Shown here in pieces: positions 30,501 to 42,505 of a stretch of DNA of 64,000 nt; the first letter of the stretch is position 1; the number at the start of each line of letters is the position of its first letter. A model generated the notes under the pieces. It was given only the letters and a program-made list of their open reading frames with translations. It was not told the origin of the DNA and did not search any database. The stretch is taken from the NCBI GenBank assembly GCA_000934665.2, contig JYFJ02001486.1, forward strand, positions 1-64,000, written 5' to 3'. The position numbers were made by a program, and so were the translations under genes. Source of the stretch: Catajapyx aquilonaris. Lineage: Eukaryota.

Positions 30501-33313
30501 ATACGACGTCTGCCTCTGATGACAGAGTGTCAAGAAGGCATTCTTTTCCGGCTCTCAAACAAGAGCAATTTTTGGAATCATATATATCAAGTATCGTGCC
30601 ATCTCTACCCGATCTGAATGTAAATAACTACAACACGCTTACTGACCACCTCGAGATGAAACCTTCACAGGAAACGTCCTTGCATCCCGACAAAGTGTCT
30701 TCGATTCCACACATCAGCAAGAAACTGGAACACGCCAGTGAATCCACCAAAGAAAGTCCGTCTCTCCCAGATTTACCAGACAATGATAATGTCACCAAAA
30801 AACGCAAAAATGAAATGGAAGAAACTGACGATTCTGGTATATCTTGTTGGTCACCTCAAAGAGAGCATGTGATAACTCCACTCCCTGATGTGATAACACC
30901 TTTAACCAACAAAGGAAATAATGTTATTCAAGAAGACCGAGACCTGATTCAATTTTCTCCTCTTCACCGGAACAATCAGAAGTTTCCACCTTTGTTGCGT
31001 TCCGAGTCAGAAACCAGCGTATTGATCGACTTGGAAGAAGTTAAGCTTCCTTCTTTGGCGGTGACTAGAAATGAACTTGATGGTATCTGCATTTCAATTC
31101 ATTTATAATTTTTATTATCTCATGTCGTTACAACACAACAACTTTCTATTATTAACAGGCAGCGTTAGTCCCCGGCAGCGACGAGTTTCCATGCCGAACA
31201 TCATCCCTGGCAGTGTAGATCATGCTCTCTCGGACTTTTTCCCTAATTTGCAGGATAAGGTAAGCATAATGTTATGCCATACCTTGTACTCTACAGTCTA
31301 CAGTATATCATATGTTCAGATGTGGAGAGATTTGCAGACAATGAAATGGCGCAATTAATGTAGGAATAATGTGGGAATGCTGTCATACACTGTAAAACCT
31401 TTACTGACACAATTTTACTTTGACTCTTGAGAGTAGACTCTAAGAGTAATTATGACAATTTTTCAGTGCAGTATGGCAGATTTTGAAGATGTATTTGGTC
31501 CTGATGCTATGCCAAAAACCGCATTCAGAAGTCCAAATAATCACCTCTTAGGTGACAAAGGAACCGCTTTAGAAGGATCAACTTGGCAGTTGGGTAATTC
31601 CTCTCTAGGAAAGTAAAGTGCAAATGTGGGATTTTTTTATAGTTTATATATATAGCTACTGTACTTCAATTCTGAAATAACTCTGAAAGTCGATACCGGT
31701 ACTCACTTCCCTATCCTGACTCTAGTTGCGATTGTGTCTGAACTGCTTTCTGATGCACTGCCTTCATATGCATGCAGTCCGGCCATTATACGAACCCAGG
31801 TATGCCTACAACAATATACGACACTATACTGTACAGTAGTCCCGCTCATAAAGAATGGTACGATTCTATTGACAAAATGTTTATAGCCTCCAACCCCTGG
31901 GTCACCGGCATGTTTTTAGGGGTCATGAGGAAGGCCGTAAACTGGGAATTTAATTCAAGAAAAAATAAAAGAAAAAAACAAGGAAAAGTAGGACAATTTT
32001 AGAACTGAGAGAAATTAATCTCAAATCTAGACGTAAGCATTGGGCCAGGTTGAACAATTTGGTAATTTAAAAAATATATATATATGAAAAATTATGATTG
32101 GGGGGATGGGGACATATGGGTCGCGGGTCGAGGAAAGGTTGTATACATAGGGCCACAACGAAATCAGGTTGGAAATAATGCGGGACAGTCGGGATAAACA
32201 TTTCGTCCATAGAGTCGTACCGATGGTACCATTCTTTATGAGCGGGACTTACGTCTCAACTGGTTTTCGACACGCTCGTCGGATCTTGGATGTTTGCTTG
32301 GTGTGCCTGGTGGTAGGCTATATGATAAAATAATAATGTACTGTATGGCGTAGGCTATATATTTTGTTAGTACAGTACGCACATTGTACTACTTAAAATC
32401 GCACTTTATTAGACGTGCCAGACTGCAATGCATGTTCTTTGCCTCAAGTCAGGCAGTCGTAAAAATCCGGTGCCATACAATCGTTCTAGTAATTCTCACT
32501 GTGGTTCGGTGCACTATTGCACGATAACCTATCTATGTACAGTTGTATACACGTATGACACACAATATTAAGGAAATCAACATGACGTGACCAGCAACTT
32601 GTTTTATTTTTTCAGGTCAAGACGACAACAAAGGTAAATACAATTCTTGCCAAAAGGACACGGATCATTGTTATGTAGAAGAAATAAGACAAGAGCTAGA
32701 AAGAGCTCTGGGACTAAATACCTTCCTTACGGGTAATAAAAATAGTATGCAAGTAAATAAGTAGTAAAATTCTGCCTAGTTATTTTAAAGGAAACACGAT
32801 GGCACACGTATTACCTAATCGGGGCTAGATGAGCCCTGCTTAATTGAACTATCAAGGGCTGAAAAATGATAAACACCAACTGACAAAATTGCATTCTTGG
32901 ATTACTTAATTTATTCATTCTGACTTGCTTATACCGCAGGCTGGTATATTGAATTCGCTCATGCATCTTTAAAAAAAGTATGAGACAGGTTAAACTGTTA
33001 CTTTTCAAGAGTCAGTGAAGACCATCGTCTACTTCCAGAATTATTATAAATATACTATACGAGTAGTTTAATAACTTTCTGTTACCAAAGCTCTAAAATT
33101 AAACGTAGCGTCGCTGTACCGGATGCAATGTAAATTTATACAACCTTTTAATTTTCAGCATACAAGGAAATGAGGCGAATCAATGAAGAACAATACGACA
33201 ATTTTACTGCAATAGTCAGAAATGTGGTAAAGATTTTAGGTCCGGAGAAAGAACATTATTGGAATAAGGTTCTTCAGCTTATTTTGGCTGAAGGAATGTA
33301 CCACGAAAACTAA
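27515..33313 (+). CDS. NEK1: NIMA-related serine/threonine kinase, NEK1-like, 7 coding exons
   Basis: Exons: 27515-27970, 28892-29065, 29603-31082, 31159-31259, 31467-31593, 32616-32732, 33159-33313. Kinase motifs [56 protein letters not shown]. The C-terminus [43 protein letters not shown] matches the NEK1-type C-terminal helical domain. Confidence 0.9.
29224..29430. mobile_element. Tc1/mariner-type palindromic MITE in NEK1 intron 2
   Basis: TA flanks; perfect TIR CAGGGTGGTCCAAGTTCAAGTGTCGTTTTATAACGGCGATTAATAG; pairing continues almost to the centre. Confidence 0.9.
31834..32250. mobile_element. Tc1/mariner-pogo-type MITE in a NEK1 intron
   Basis: TA|CAGTAGTCCCGCTCATAAAGAATGGTAC mirrored by GTACCATTCTTTATGAGCGGGACT; right tip degraded. 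Confidence 0.75.
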
Positions 33314-34407
33314 TACGACGAACATGTTATAAACTTTACTCTGTAAGTCGAATTCGCTTTTTTTAAACATAATTTGCATTGGTCCAACCGGGCCAGAATT
33401 ATGGACTGTCATCGCAAGAATCAGTTAACCATTTATTATGGAGTTTTTGAATTTCCTGTAATGTGCCAGTTACATCCTTTGCTAAAGCCTTCTTCTGCAG
33501 GGACCATCTGTTTGCTCATATTTTTCTCCGTAAGTGTTGGTTCTTGGTGCCATACAGCTGCCTGCAGGATTTACCTTTTTTTTTAAACCTTACTAAAAAT
33601 GGTCGTTTAAATGCATAAGGGTTGTATACCCTACACTGTAGATTTTAAATGCCTTCCAAACATAGCCACGCTGTATTATTTCAAAATAATATATTTGTTT
33701 CGCCTTTCAATCACAGTGCAAGAGGGAATAAGGGTAGAAGCTACGGAATCACCCATGTGGCTGTAATAGCCTATTAATAGTTCTACAGAATGTTCCCAGC
33801 ATCTTACTTTAGTTGGCCTTATATGCTTAAAATCTAGCATCCCTACATTAACTCCAGTATGATTCTCACCAGCCTGTATGTGAAGTTTACATTTTTTAAG
33901 ATGACTCGAATGTAGATGTTTTCTCTGTAATACTAATTGCTGTCGTCACTGACCTGGCCTGTCCTGGCTTCCTAGAAATGGTCGTCACAGAAGGTCAATA
34001 ATAATAGACAGTCCAGGTTGTGAAGCCAATTATAAGCATTGTTTCCCACTACAGTACTGTATTCATTTCACTCGGTTTGTCCCCATGTGGAGTGTTTCCC
34101 TCTGGCGACCAACTGGCGCACTCTTTCCATTCTCTCCCCCTCATCCCCTGCCCCCTCCCCTCCCAGCCAAGCCCTCCCTCCTCCCCCTCCTCCCTCTCCC
34201 CCTGCCTGCCTGCCTCCAGCGCCACCCCTCTTGTTGGCCACTCTCGAGTTCCGTTGTTCAGATTTGGCGGGGCCTGACTCCCTTCAGCGCTTCTTCTCTG
34301 GGTCCATCCTTGGCTCTTTCTTCAACGGACTTTGACCCCGCCCCTGTCACAGTGCCGGTGGGGACAGGAAGAGCACCGTCGTCGGTCAGCCCCAACAACT
34401 GCCAACA

Positions 34408-37400
34408 ATGAGCACGACGGAGGAAGAGGGAGCGGGGGATGTGCAGATGGAGCCCCTCCGCTTGGACGAATCCAGCAGTGAGTCTCAACACCTGCATCTT
34501 CCCGTTTCCATGAAGTTGGCTTCAGCGGATGGGTACAGGGCCTACTACGATCATTACTCTGATTGCTGTTGTACTGTTTCTGTTCTGAGGGGGTGCCACG
34601 TTCTTGGAAACCTAAGTAACCAACTCAGTGGGTAACTGGTGGGAGGCATCAAGTACCTCGGTGTGCAGAAAGAACTGGCCATAGATACGATAGGGGAAAT
34701 TACATGAAGGGAGCCATTATCTGGCAGCTTCTGATTGATATGTTACAGCTGGATTTATGTACAGAGTCAGCCAAGTGGGCTCCCAAAATTGCACAGGTCC
34801 ACACCCATAGAAACATGAGGTTTCAAGCATATTTTAAAGCAAAGTAGTACAGTGGAACCCCGATTATCCGACCGTCCTGCTCCATCAATAAATCTACATT
34901 TTCTCATGAAATACTGTAATGTTCTATGCATTTGTTTGTTTTGCCTTAGTGAGATTGTAAATACAGTACAATAGAGTGGGTGCGTAAAAGAAAAACACTT
35001 CTTTCTTAGAAAACCATAATCTTATGTGAATATTGTACGTTACGTCATGTTTTTATGTTTTTGTTGTGTTTTAATGTATTAAAGTTTTTTTACTCCATGG
35101 CTTATCCAACCTTTTTCGTCATCCGACAATGAGTGATGGATAATTGGGGGTTCTGCTGTACTAGCTAGTGAAATTGTTCATTATTATTTGTACCATGTGA
35201 TTTAATATGTATGTATGTAAACAATACCTACCCTATTGAATATCACATCTTCTTCCTGAAAATAAGTGAGATGTTCAAACATTACATCCCATTTTCTCCA
35301 TAAAGCTTTATAGATGTTTGTAATTGTGCTTTATCACCTTTGTTTGCACTTATTGACACCTACAATGTTTCAGGTTCCCTTTCGGATATGGAAGATGCCT
35401 TGCTCAGCTTGGAGACACTAGACAGAGCTTCTCCTGAACTGTGGCCAGAAAAAAGTAGGTTCACCTGGAATACAGGCAGTGAGTGTGCATAGGCTTAGAG
35501 TCTTAGACGTATGAGCAACTAACTAATCTCTATTTTTGTGTGAAAGATTTGCGATTACTATTGAAGCAAAACATTGGGACACAAACCTAGTATAATTACA
35601 TTCGTCACATGCCATGTAGTTATCCTTTATTACTGGAGAGTAAATAGCATTCAACTAAATTATCAATGCAGATGATTTCACAGTGTGTCTAAATTGATAT
35701 AAATATAAATAAGATTTTTGCCAGAACATATTCTGTTTGCAGATTAATACATTTGTGGTACTTCCAGGTGATCACATTATGGGTAGTTTTGACCTTGTAT
35801 GGTGCAGGAAACCTTCAGAATTCACACAAAACACCTTACCTTGAATCACCTTATTTTAATTGGCGTTAGTAAGTAATCAGAATATTTTGCAATTTTTTTA
35901 CAATAATTACCGCTCATGAGTAGGACATTTTTTACTCCCCTTGATGTGACACCCAAATTACTATACATTTGTGCATAAAATAACAATTGATCTGTTTGTG
36001 GTAAACTGATCAGGTAAACTGATGAGTGCACTTGCATATAAGTTACCCTCTGATTTGATCTGTGTGCCCATGCATTATGAGTGGCTGCTAGCTGCTGCCG
36101 AGTACTCCCTCTTACTCCTTTCAGGCTGTTGGAGGTGCAATCATACAGCCTCTCTAATAATGTTTTGTTAAAAAATTAGTTATCTATGAGGTTTACTTCT
36201 GGTTGTTCCCTTGGTTGGATGCATTGATGAATCTGATGCATAATATGCAGGAACTGTCATTACATTGGAATAAGTTGTAGGAATTTTTGTTTGTGTAGGC
36301 ATGATATGTGTATGAGAATTGCAAGGGGATTTATTTTATTTATGACAAGCTTTTATTCTCACACCGTATGAATTGAGAGGTGTGGTGGAAAAAGGTGATA
36401 GCCCTCATTTTTGTCATTTTTTACCTAAATAAGTAGCAACTATGTCAAAGACATGACAAACAGTTTGGTATACTCCAAGTTCACGTATCATGCACGAGAC
36501 AGCCACACGGACTAGATCAAAACCTGCATTCCCTATGATTTGTTAAGAGAATGCAAACTTAAATTTGCTCCTGAAAAATTACATTTTTGTGGGTTATCAC
36601 CTTTTTCCACCACACCCCTCAATTTCCCTTTGAAATAAGTCCTTTTTTACAATGATTTGTGACACTTCTCAGTTCCTGGAGTGCTGGAGTTTGTGTCATC
36701 ATGTGGGGATTCTAGGAATGGAGACAAGGTCTCTCAGCCATGGCTAGGTGTCTTGGACAAGGAGGATCACATGCTCATGCACCGTGAGTACACTGAAAAG
36801 TTTTGTGTCTAACAGCTTGGCTTTTCATTACATGTCTAACTTGAAATGTGTGGTATGCAATTAGTTTGAAGTCGTGGGGTCTTATGCTGCATCAGACAAT
36901 TCTTGGTAGTATTCTCATTGCTTGTTTATTGGTGAGAGTGCTTGCCAGAGTTTGCTTTACATCTACTAAAACAACTCTGTAGCTTCAGTGCAGACCCATG
37001 GAACCCAATGGCCCAGGAAAGGTAAATACTGGACCTTGTCATAAACTAGTTGAATAGCCCTGGTCTAGGGGAAGGCCAATGTGTTTCGTTGTCTACCTTC
37101 TTACTGGTTGGTCCTGCAATATTCTGAAATATTTTGCAATGGATCCCTCCACACCCCCATACACCCATTTTTGGCTTGTTTTGGGCCAACAAGTATTCTG
37201 CTGGCTGGATGGCATGCTAGTAAGAAACACCCTGTATAGAGACGGCCCTGTTTGGCAGAAATTTTCTTCTCAGCATCATGGCTTTGAGCAGACAAGCCTG
37301 GTGGGATCAAATTAGCTTCGTAGAACTCTCACTGTGATGCGACGTGAGGTCCCTAGACACTTAAACTGGAAATGCAATATTTTATGTTTGTGAATGTTCA

Positions 37401-38623
37401 GGGAGTTACAAAACAGGTGGAATGGAAGTAAATCTGATTTGTGTTGGGGAAAGTTACCATTATGTTCACATATATGCTGCTTTACCTCCTGACTTACAAT
37501 AATTTTGTTCCAGAGAGTTATGAATGCCATTGGAAATTGGAACTAACTTGTAAGCCTTAGTTAGATTTACACCACATTGAATTGATGCTGACTTTTAAGA
37601 CACTTGGTACAGGGTGGTGGGCACATTAGTTCTTGATATATTCATAAGTGGTAAATCACTCATCAAGTCCGTTGTACGGTATAAGGCACCAAGTCCGACC
37701 AAGTCCGGCATTGTACAAGTCCGTTGTACGCTCAACTGCCACCCTTGAGCCCCTTGAGCTTTCAGCGAAATTGTTACAATAAATTAGAGTAATACAGGAT
37801 GAGATGATATTGGAAAGCACACTTTAGTAATGTTTCACATATACTGTAGTATCTCAGTATTAGCCTCTCAGTATTAGCCTCTTTATAGTAAATATTCCAC
37901 TTATGTTACCGAAGCAGGTTGGCATAGTGGATAAGGCGTCCAACTGCTAATCGGGAGGTCCTGGGTTCGAATCCCGGGGCCGGCAACTCTGACCGTGGTT
38001 TTCTGTGGTTTCCCGCGGTCCTTCCAGGAAAATTCCGGAGTTGTTTCCGTAATTTACAGGCCACAGCTGCTTCCTTCCGTCCCTATCCCATCCCAAAAAG
38101 TGCAGTAAAATGAAAGCAAAGAGTTCCAGGCAAAAGAAAACTTCCCCCCTAAAGAGCCTAAAAAGGCTGATAACGGGGTATGAATTATATTATATTCCAC
38201 TTATGTTGTTAGATGTTACACTCATGGCTTAGCTAATGTAAGTTTTATTTTGTAATGTTATTCGGTTATTTCACATGGTATCTGAGAATTCAACACAATC
38301 ATAAATGTAGATGCTTGTAATGCTGAGACTAAATTTTACCATTGCATCATTATTTGACTATGGAATCAGTAATTTCTGATGTTTCAAGCTTGTCTCAATA
38401 TTGCTGTGCCATATTGGTTTGTTCATGTGATTTCTTTGAAAATGAGATGAAGTGGGTATTCCATCTTCTGTCGACTTTTTCAGAGTTTGGCAGTTTAACA
38501 CCATCTGGCTTGATGGAAGAAATTAAACGCCTTCACAACATTGCATATCAGCTGGGGCTTGAAGAAGCAAAAGAGATGACGAGAGGAAAATATTTGGAAG
38601 TTCTCAAGCGAAAGAAGAGATGA
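34408..38623 (+). CDS. LIN52: Lin-52 homolog, MuvB/DREAM complex subunit, 4 coding exons
   Basis: Exons: 34408-34477, 35374-35454, 36673-36783, 38484-38623. Translation has LLSLETLDRASPELWPEKIPGV and FGSLTPSGLMEEIKRLHNIAYQLGLEEAKEMTRGKYLEVL. AATAAA at about 39103. Confidence 0.96.
34850..35158. mobile_element. Tigger-like MITE in LIN52 intron 1
   Basis: TA|CAGTGGAACCCCGATTATCC..GGATAATTGGGGGTTCTGCTG|TA. Confidence 0.75.
36375..36620. mobile_element. Sola-like MITE (GAG termini, AATT flanks)
   Basis: AATT|GAGAGGTGTGGTGGAAAAAGGTGATA..TATCACCTTTTTCCACCACACCCCTC|AATT. Confidence 0.8.
37064..37238 (+). repeat. Old dispersed repeat; related copy at about 525-670
   Basis: TAGGGGAAGGCCAATGTGTTTCGTTGTCTACCTTCTTACTGGTTGGTCC resembles TAGGGGCAGTCCAACGTGTCTGGTCGTCTACCTCATTACTTGTTGGTCC; this copy ends in mariner-like AACACCCTGTA. 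Confidence 0.6.
37908..38191 (+). mobile_element. tRNA-derived SINE, family A copy 2 (LIN52 intron 3)
   Basis: Colinear with 7914-8209; 16-bp TSD ATATTCCACTTATGTT (37892-37907, 38192-38207). Confidence 0.9.
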
Positions 38624-41600
38624 AGTGGTCGTTGTAATGGACACCCCATTTTGTTAACCTCATGTCATATGTGCTTTATTTTTGACCATGTATTTAATTT
38701 TTTTTGCTGTGTACATCTCAAAAACCACTGAATGAACAAAATGTGTGTTGTTGATATTGTCATGTGTGGTATTATTCCTCCTTGTGCCCAGATCCTGAAT
38801 GTTAATGAGTCATGTGAATGGGGCTTTGTAGGTGTCACTGTCACTGGCTATATTCCAGTGACAGTGAAACATACTACATATACTGTATAGTAGTAACAAT
38901 CCTTTTCAATTTTTCATGAAAGTTTATGGATTGGACAGGTCTCTGTTGTATGTGCTTGAAATACATTGAAAATCCTCATCTGGATCCAGGGATTGAAATT
39001 GGCAGGTTTTATAGAAGTTATTCTCTCTGTCCATTTAGTTTTATTTCAGACTTCTTTTGGCATTTGATTGCAAAACTACCTGCCTGCATGGTGGCATGAC
39101 GGAATAAAGTTTTACTAACAACTCAGCTCACTCAGTACAGTCTGTAAGCAGTCAACACTACTCGGGCAAGAGGTGGCTTCTCTGCCCCAGTGTCACCTTC
39201 ATGATGGCATGTCCAGGGACACAGGTGTTGGCTGCTGTTTTACACTCCCCTTGCTTACCTTTCCTTTGTGTGCACCTGACAAGTGCTCTTGACATTTATG
39301 TAAGTTATACAGTCATGTGAGGTAACAAGGAAGCAAGTAATTCTTGGGGTTCCCGGTTAGGGATAAGCTGTAATGTATAAAAAATAATTAGCATGAAATG
39401 CAGCATGTAAACTGTAGTAAGAGGAATAGTGTGGCTTTGGGATCACAGTGCAAAACAGCCAAATAATGCTGTTCAATCCAGGGATGAAAATTTTATTCCC
39501 AGATTGCTTTCTGCCTCTTGAGGGCCTGCAGGACCTCAGAGGTGGAAATCTGTGTCACTATAACTGCAATGCCACCAACGTTATCACTGCAATGGACCAG
39601 TCAGGCTGAAAACTGGTCCTCCTAAATCCACCTTTAAAAGGGACAATTTTCATTCTTTTGCTGAAGCTGTCAGTAACAGGTACCCATGATAAAACTGACG
39701 AGAGAATCCTCACTAGCAGAGGTATGATGCTAACAGAAGAGAGCGAAAAAAAATCGTAGTGTGTCAAGGAATTAAATGCCTACAGCCATGATTACATTTA
39801 ATTAATAGGATCCATGTAATCTGCACATTTTTATAATTTTGAGCTGCAGGTTATTGAAAGAACAGAATGGTACTGTACATAAGGTTATTGCTCATCTGTC
39901 ATCTCCACCTTCCAATCATTCAGATTGAAGAATACAATGTATACTGCATCATACGTGCTGTACACTGTACTGTACAGTACGCTTTATGAAGTGTTTCAAA
40001 TAGTTGGGCTTGTAGGGAATTCCCGTATTTATTTGATTGTTCTAACCTTGCACAGCATGCCGGACCATTCGATAGAATCTACGGGTACTCCAGGGAAGGA
40101 AGTGAATAATTCATCCAATTTCGTGGGAAAAAGTGAGTGGTCTGATGCCTGGTATCCCCTGGGCAGGGATTTCCTGCGGCCTGACCATTGTCAATATACC
40201 GGGCAAGTTCATTCTTTTCATGCCAACACGCAAAAATGCCCCGTTTGTTCATGGACGGTAATGATGTTTATTTGATTTTCTTGACCTTTCCTACCATGAC
40301 CACGCTTCCCAGTACGGTAGCGATTAGACCCGTGAAAATGTGCGTAATTTCATTTTCCGTTAACGCTTGCACCTACAAGTGAATTATTTTATGTGGTGTC
40401 GAGGACATTCCACTTTACCTTGATCCTTTCTTACGTCACGTGGCCAATTTTGTTATTGTATTCACAACATATGGGGTAGTACTGTACTGTACTTTCAAAA
40501 AACCATCGAAGTAAGCGTAAACATTGAGGCCTGTTGGTGCCATGATCCACATTGTGTTCGGTGGCATAATTATGGCAAATTTATTGCACTTTTTGAGTAT
40601 GCCCTTCTTTGGTACCACAAACTATACCCGGAATGAATTTGGCTTGGCTAAGTATAGAATTCCTCTTCCGTGTCCGCAGAGGATAGATCGTGGGATAGAT
40701 TAATCCAAGCCTTCCGCGGATGCGATAAGTGAAATATTCGTATAATACCGAACCCTACATATTATATATTATGTTACTTACTGTAAATTAATACGTATGA
40801 TACAGTTCATATTCAAAATGTTACACGTTTGAACATCAACAAAAGCAATTGACCATTTTTAAACAGAATACAACCATGTGGACTTGAGCAGCGCAAAGTC
40901 CCACAAGCCTCCATGCGATATTATTGGCTATTGAAGACTGAATGCTTATTTGGATTAGAAATGCAAATGCGAAACACTGCATTTTTGAAGCATGGATAGA
41001 TGGATTGTACTGAAGCATCAAAAACACACTGTCTTCATTTCAGTTAAGGTTTTAAAAAAAATAAAAAATAAAAATCGAGGGCAATATGCCAGAAGACATT
41101 GTTTCTTTGGCTGTTCAGCCCAACACTGCGTTTTCATTTACACTGTATTATCATTATCAATGTACAAATTTTGTAAACTGTTCTGTGGAACAAGCATTGA
41201 AATAGGCGCTAAATAAACGTATACGGTACTCTGCTGTTAGGTAAGGAACAGTCATCAGTATAGTAATGAAACAGTGCTCAATCGTTAAAATACGAACACT
41301 AAAAAAGTTAGCATGACCTAACGCCATTATAGACCAAGACGTGTATCGATGTGCAACACTACACGCGTCGTCTTCCAGAAAACCTCATTAAATCGCAATG
41401 TTCACTTTGAAACGGCCGATTCACTCGTTGGAACCATGCTTACTACCCTTGTACTGTACTGTACCAGCTCCTCATATCAGTACTTTCGATAGAGCAGATG
41501 GGCCTTGCACTCTGCCAGGCAATGAAGCATTTACTTGTCGATTTGCAATCGTTACCCAATTGCGTCACAAATAGCAGTCTAATCTTAGTTGGAGAAGCGG

Positions 41601-42139
41601 AAGCAACCATGCAGACCAACTCTGAAATCATTCGAAAGTATAGCAAGCGCAAAATCCCAGACATTCACCAGTGATTTGCGACGGAAATAAGGCCATAACC
41701 ACTCTTGACCTCCTTCTGGTATCCTGGATACGACTTTCTTTTCATTCCTGCCAGAAACGAGGAGGCATACAGGCTCCCAAGTGTTTATCCCTCGGTATCA
41801 TATTGATAAACAGTACTCAGCTCTCCGTAACCATCCACATTTGTCGAGTCACATCCTCTTTATTCCGCAACATTCTGAACAGGACCCACATTCCCGAAGA
41901 AAATTATCCTACCACGAAAAGATATGCGGCAGAAACGGCCCTGACCTGCGACCATGACCTCGAAAGGTGCCGCAGAGAATCCGCCTACCGTACACCCCTT
42001 ATCTAAAGGGGAACACCAGGTCTCCCATATTTTTAGCGCACAAGTACAGTACCTGTACAGTACAGTACAATCGAAATCCGGGAGTAGATAAAACTATTTT
42101 TTTTTTAAACACAGGTAAGGGAAAATACCCCTGTATGAG

Positions 42140-42505
42140 CGCATGTCACATTTGACGTCATCATCAGCTGCGATTACGTCACACCCCTACCATACCGACC
42201 CCCTTCATGCTCCGTTGGGGTGGGTGGAGTTGGGGGTAGTAGAGACTGGGAGGGTTTCTGAGAGAGAGAGGCTTTCAGACAGTGGAGCACGAACCCCATT
42301 ATCCCGCAGCAGGCTCCAGGGGCTCGATCACGAGAGCTAGCCCACAATCACCAGGGGGGTCAAGCTGTAAGGGAAAAGAGGGTGGAAGAATAACATCGAT
42401 TGGAGGACGTACATTGTTGTGAAGTGCATGTGACAAGTGGAGACGGGACGGAGTGTCGCCATCGGAGGAGCCTACCTGCCGCGCCTACCTGGCATTTTCA
42501 AGCAG
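42140..42505 (+). promoter_or_regulatory. Probable promoter and non-coding first exon of MS4A-like paralogue 1
   Basis: Perfect CRE TGACGTCA at 42153-42160, a second half-site TTACGTCA at about 42174, a GA repeat, and a GC-richer segment ending in a strong donor CAG|GTGAGA at 42505. Confidence 0.5.

Noticed and set aside
31083..31158. Possible U12-type intron in NEK1 (donor GTATCT)
   Set aside because: The donor does not match GTATCCTT and no TCCTTAAC branch site is evident.
37610..37750. Short repeats of CAAGTCCG(TTGTACG) resembling a CRISPR-like array
   Set aside because: Units are too short and irregular and the context is eukaryotic; more likely subterminal repeats of a decayed small transposon.
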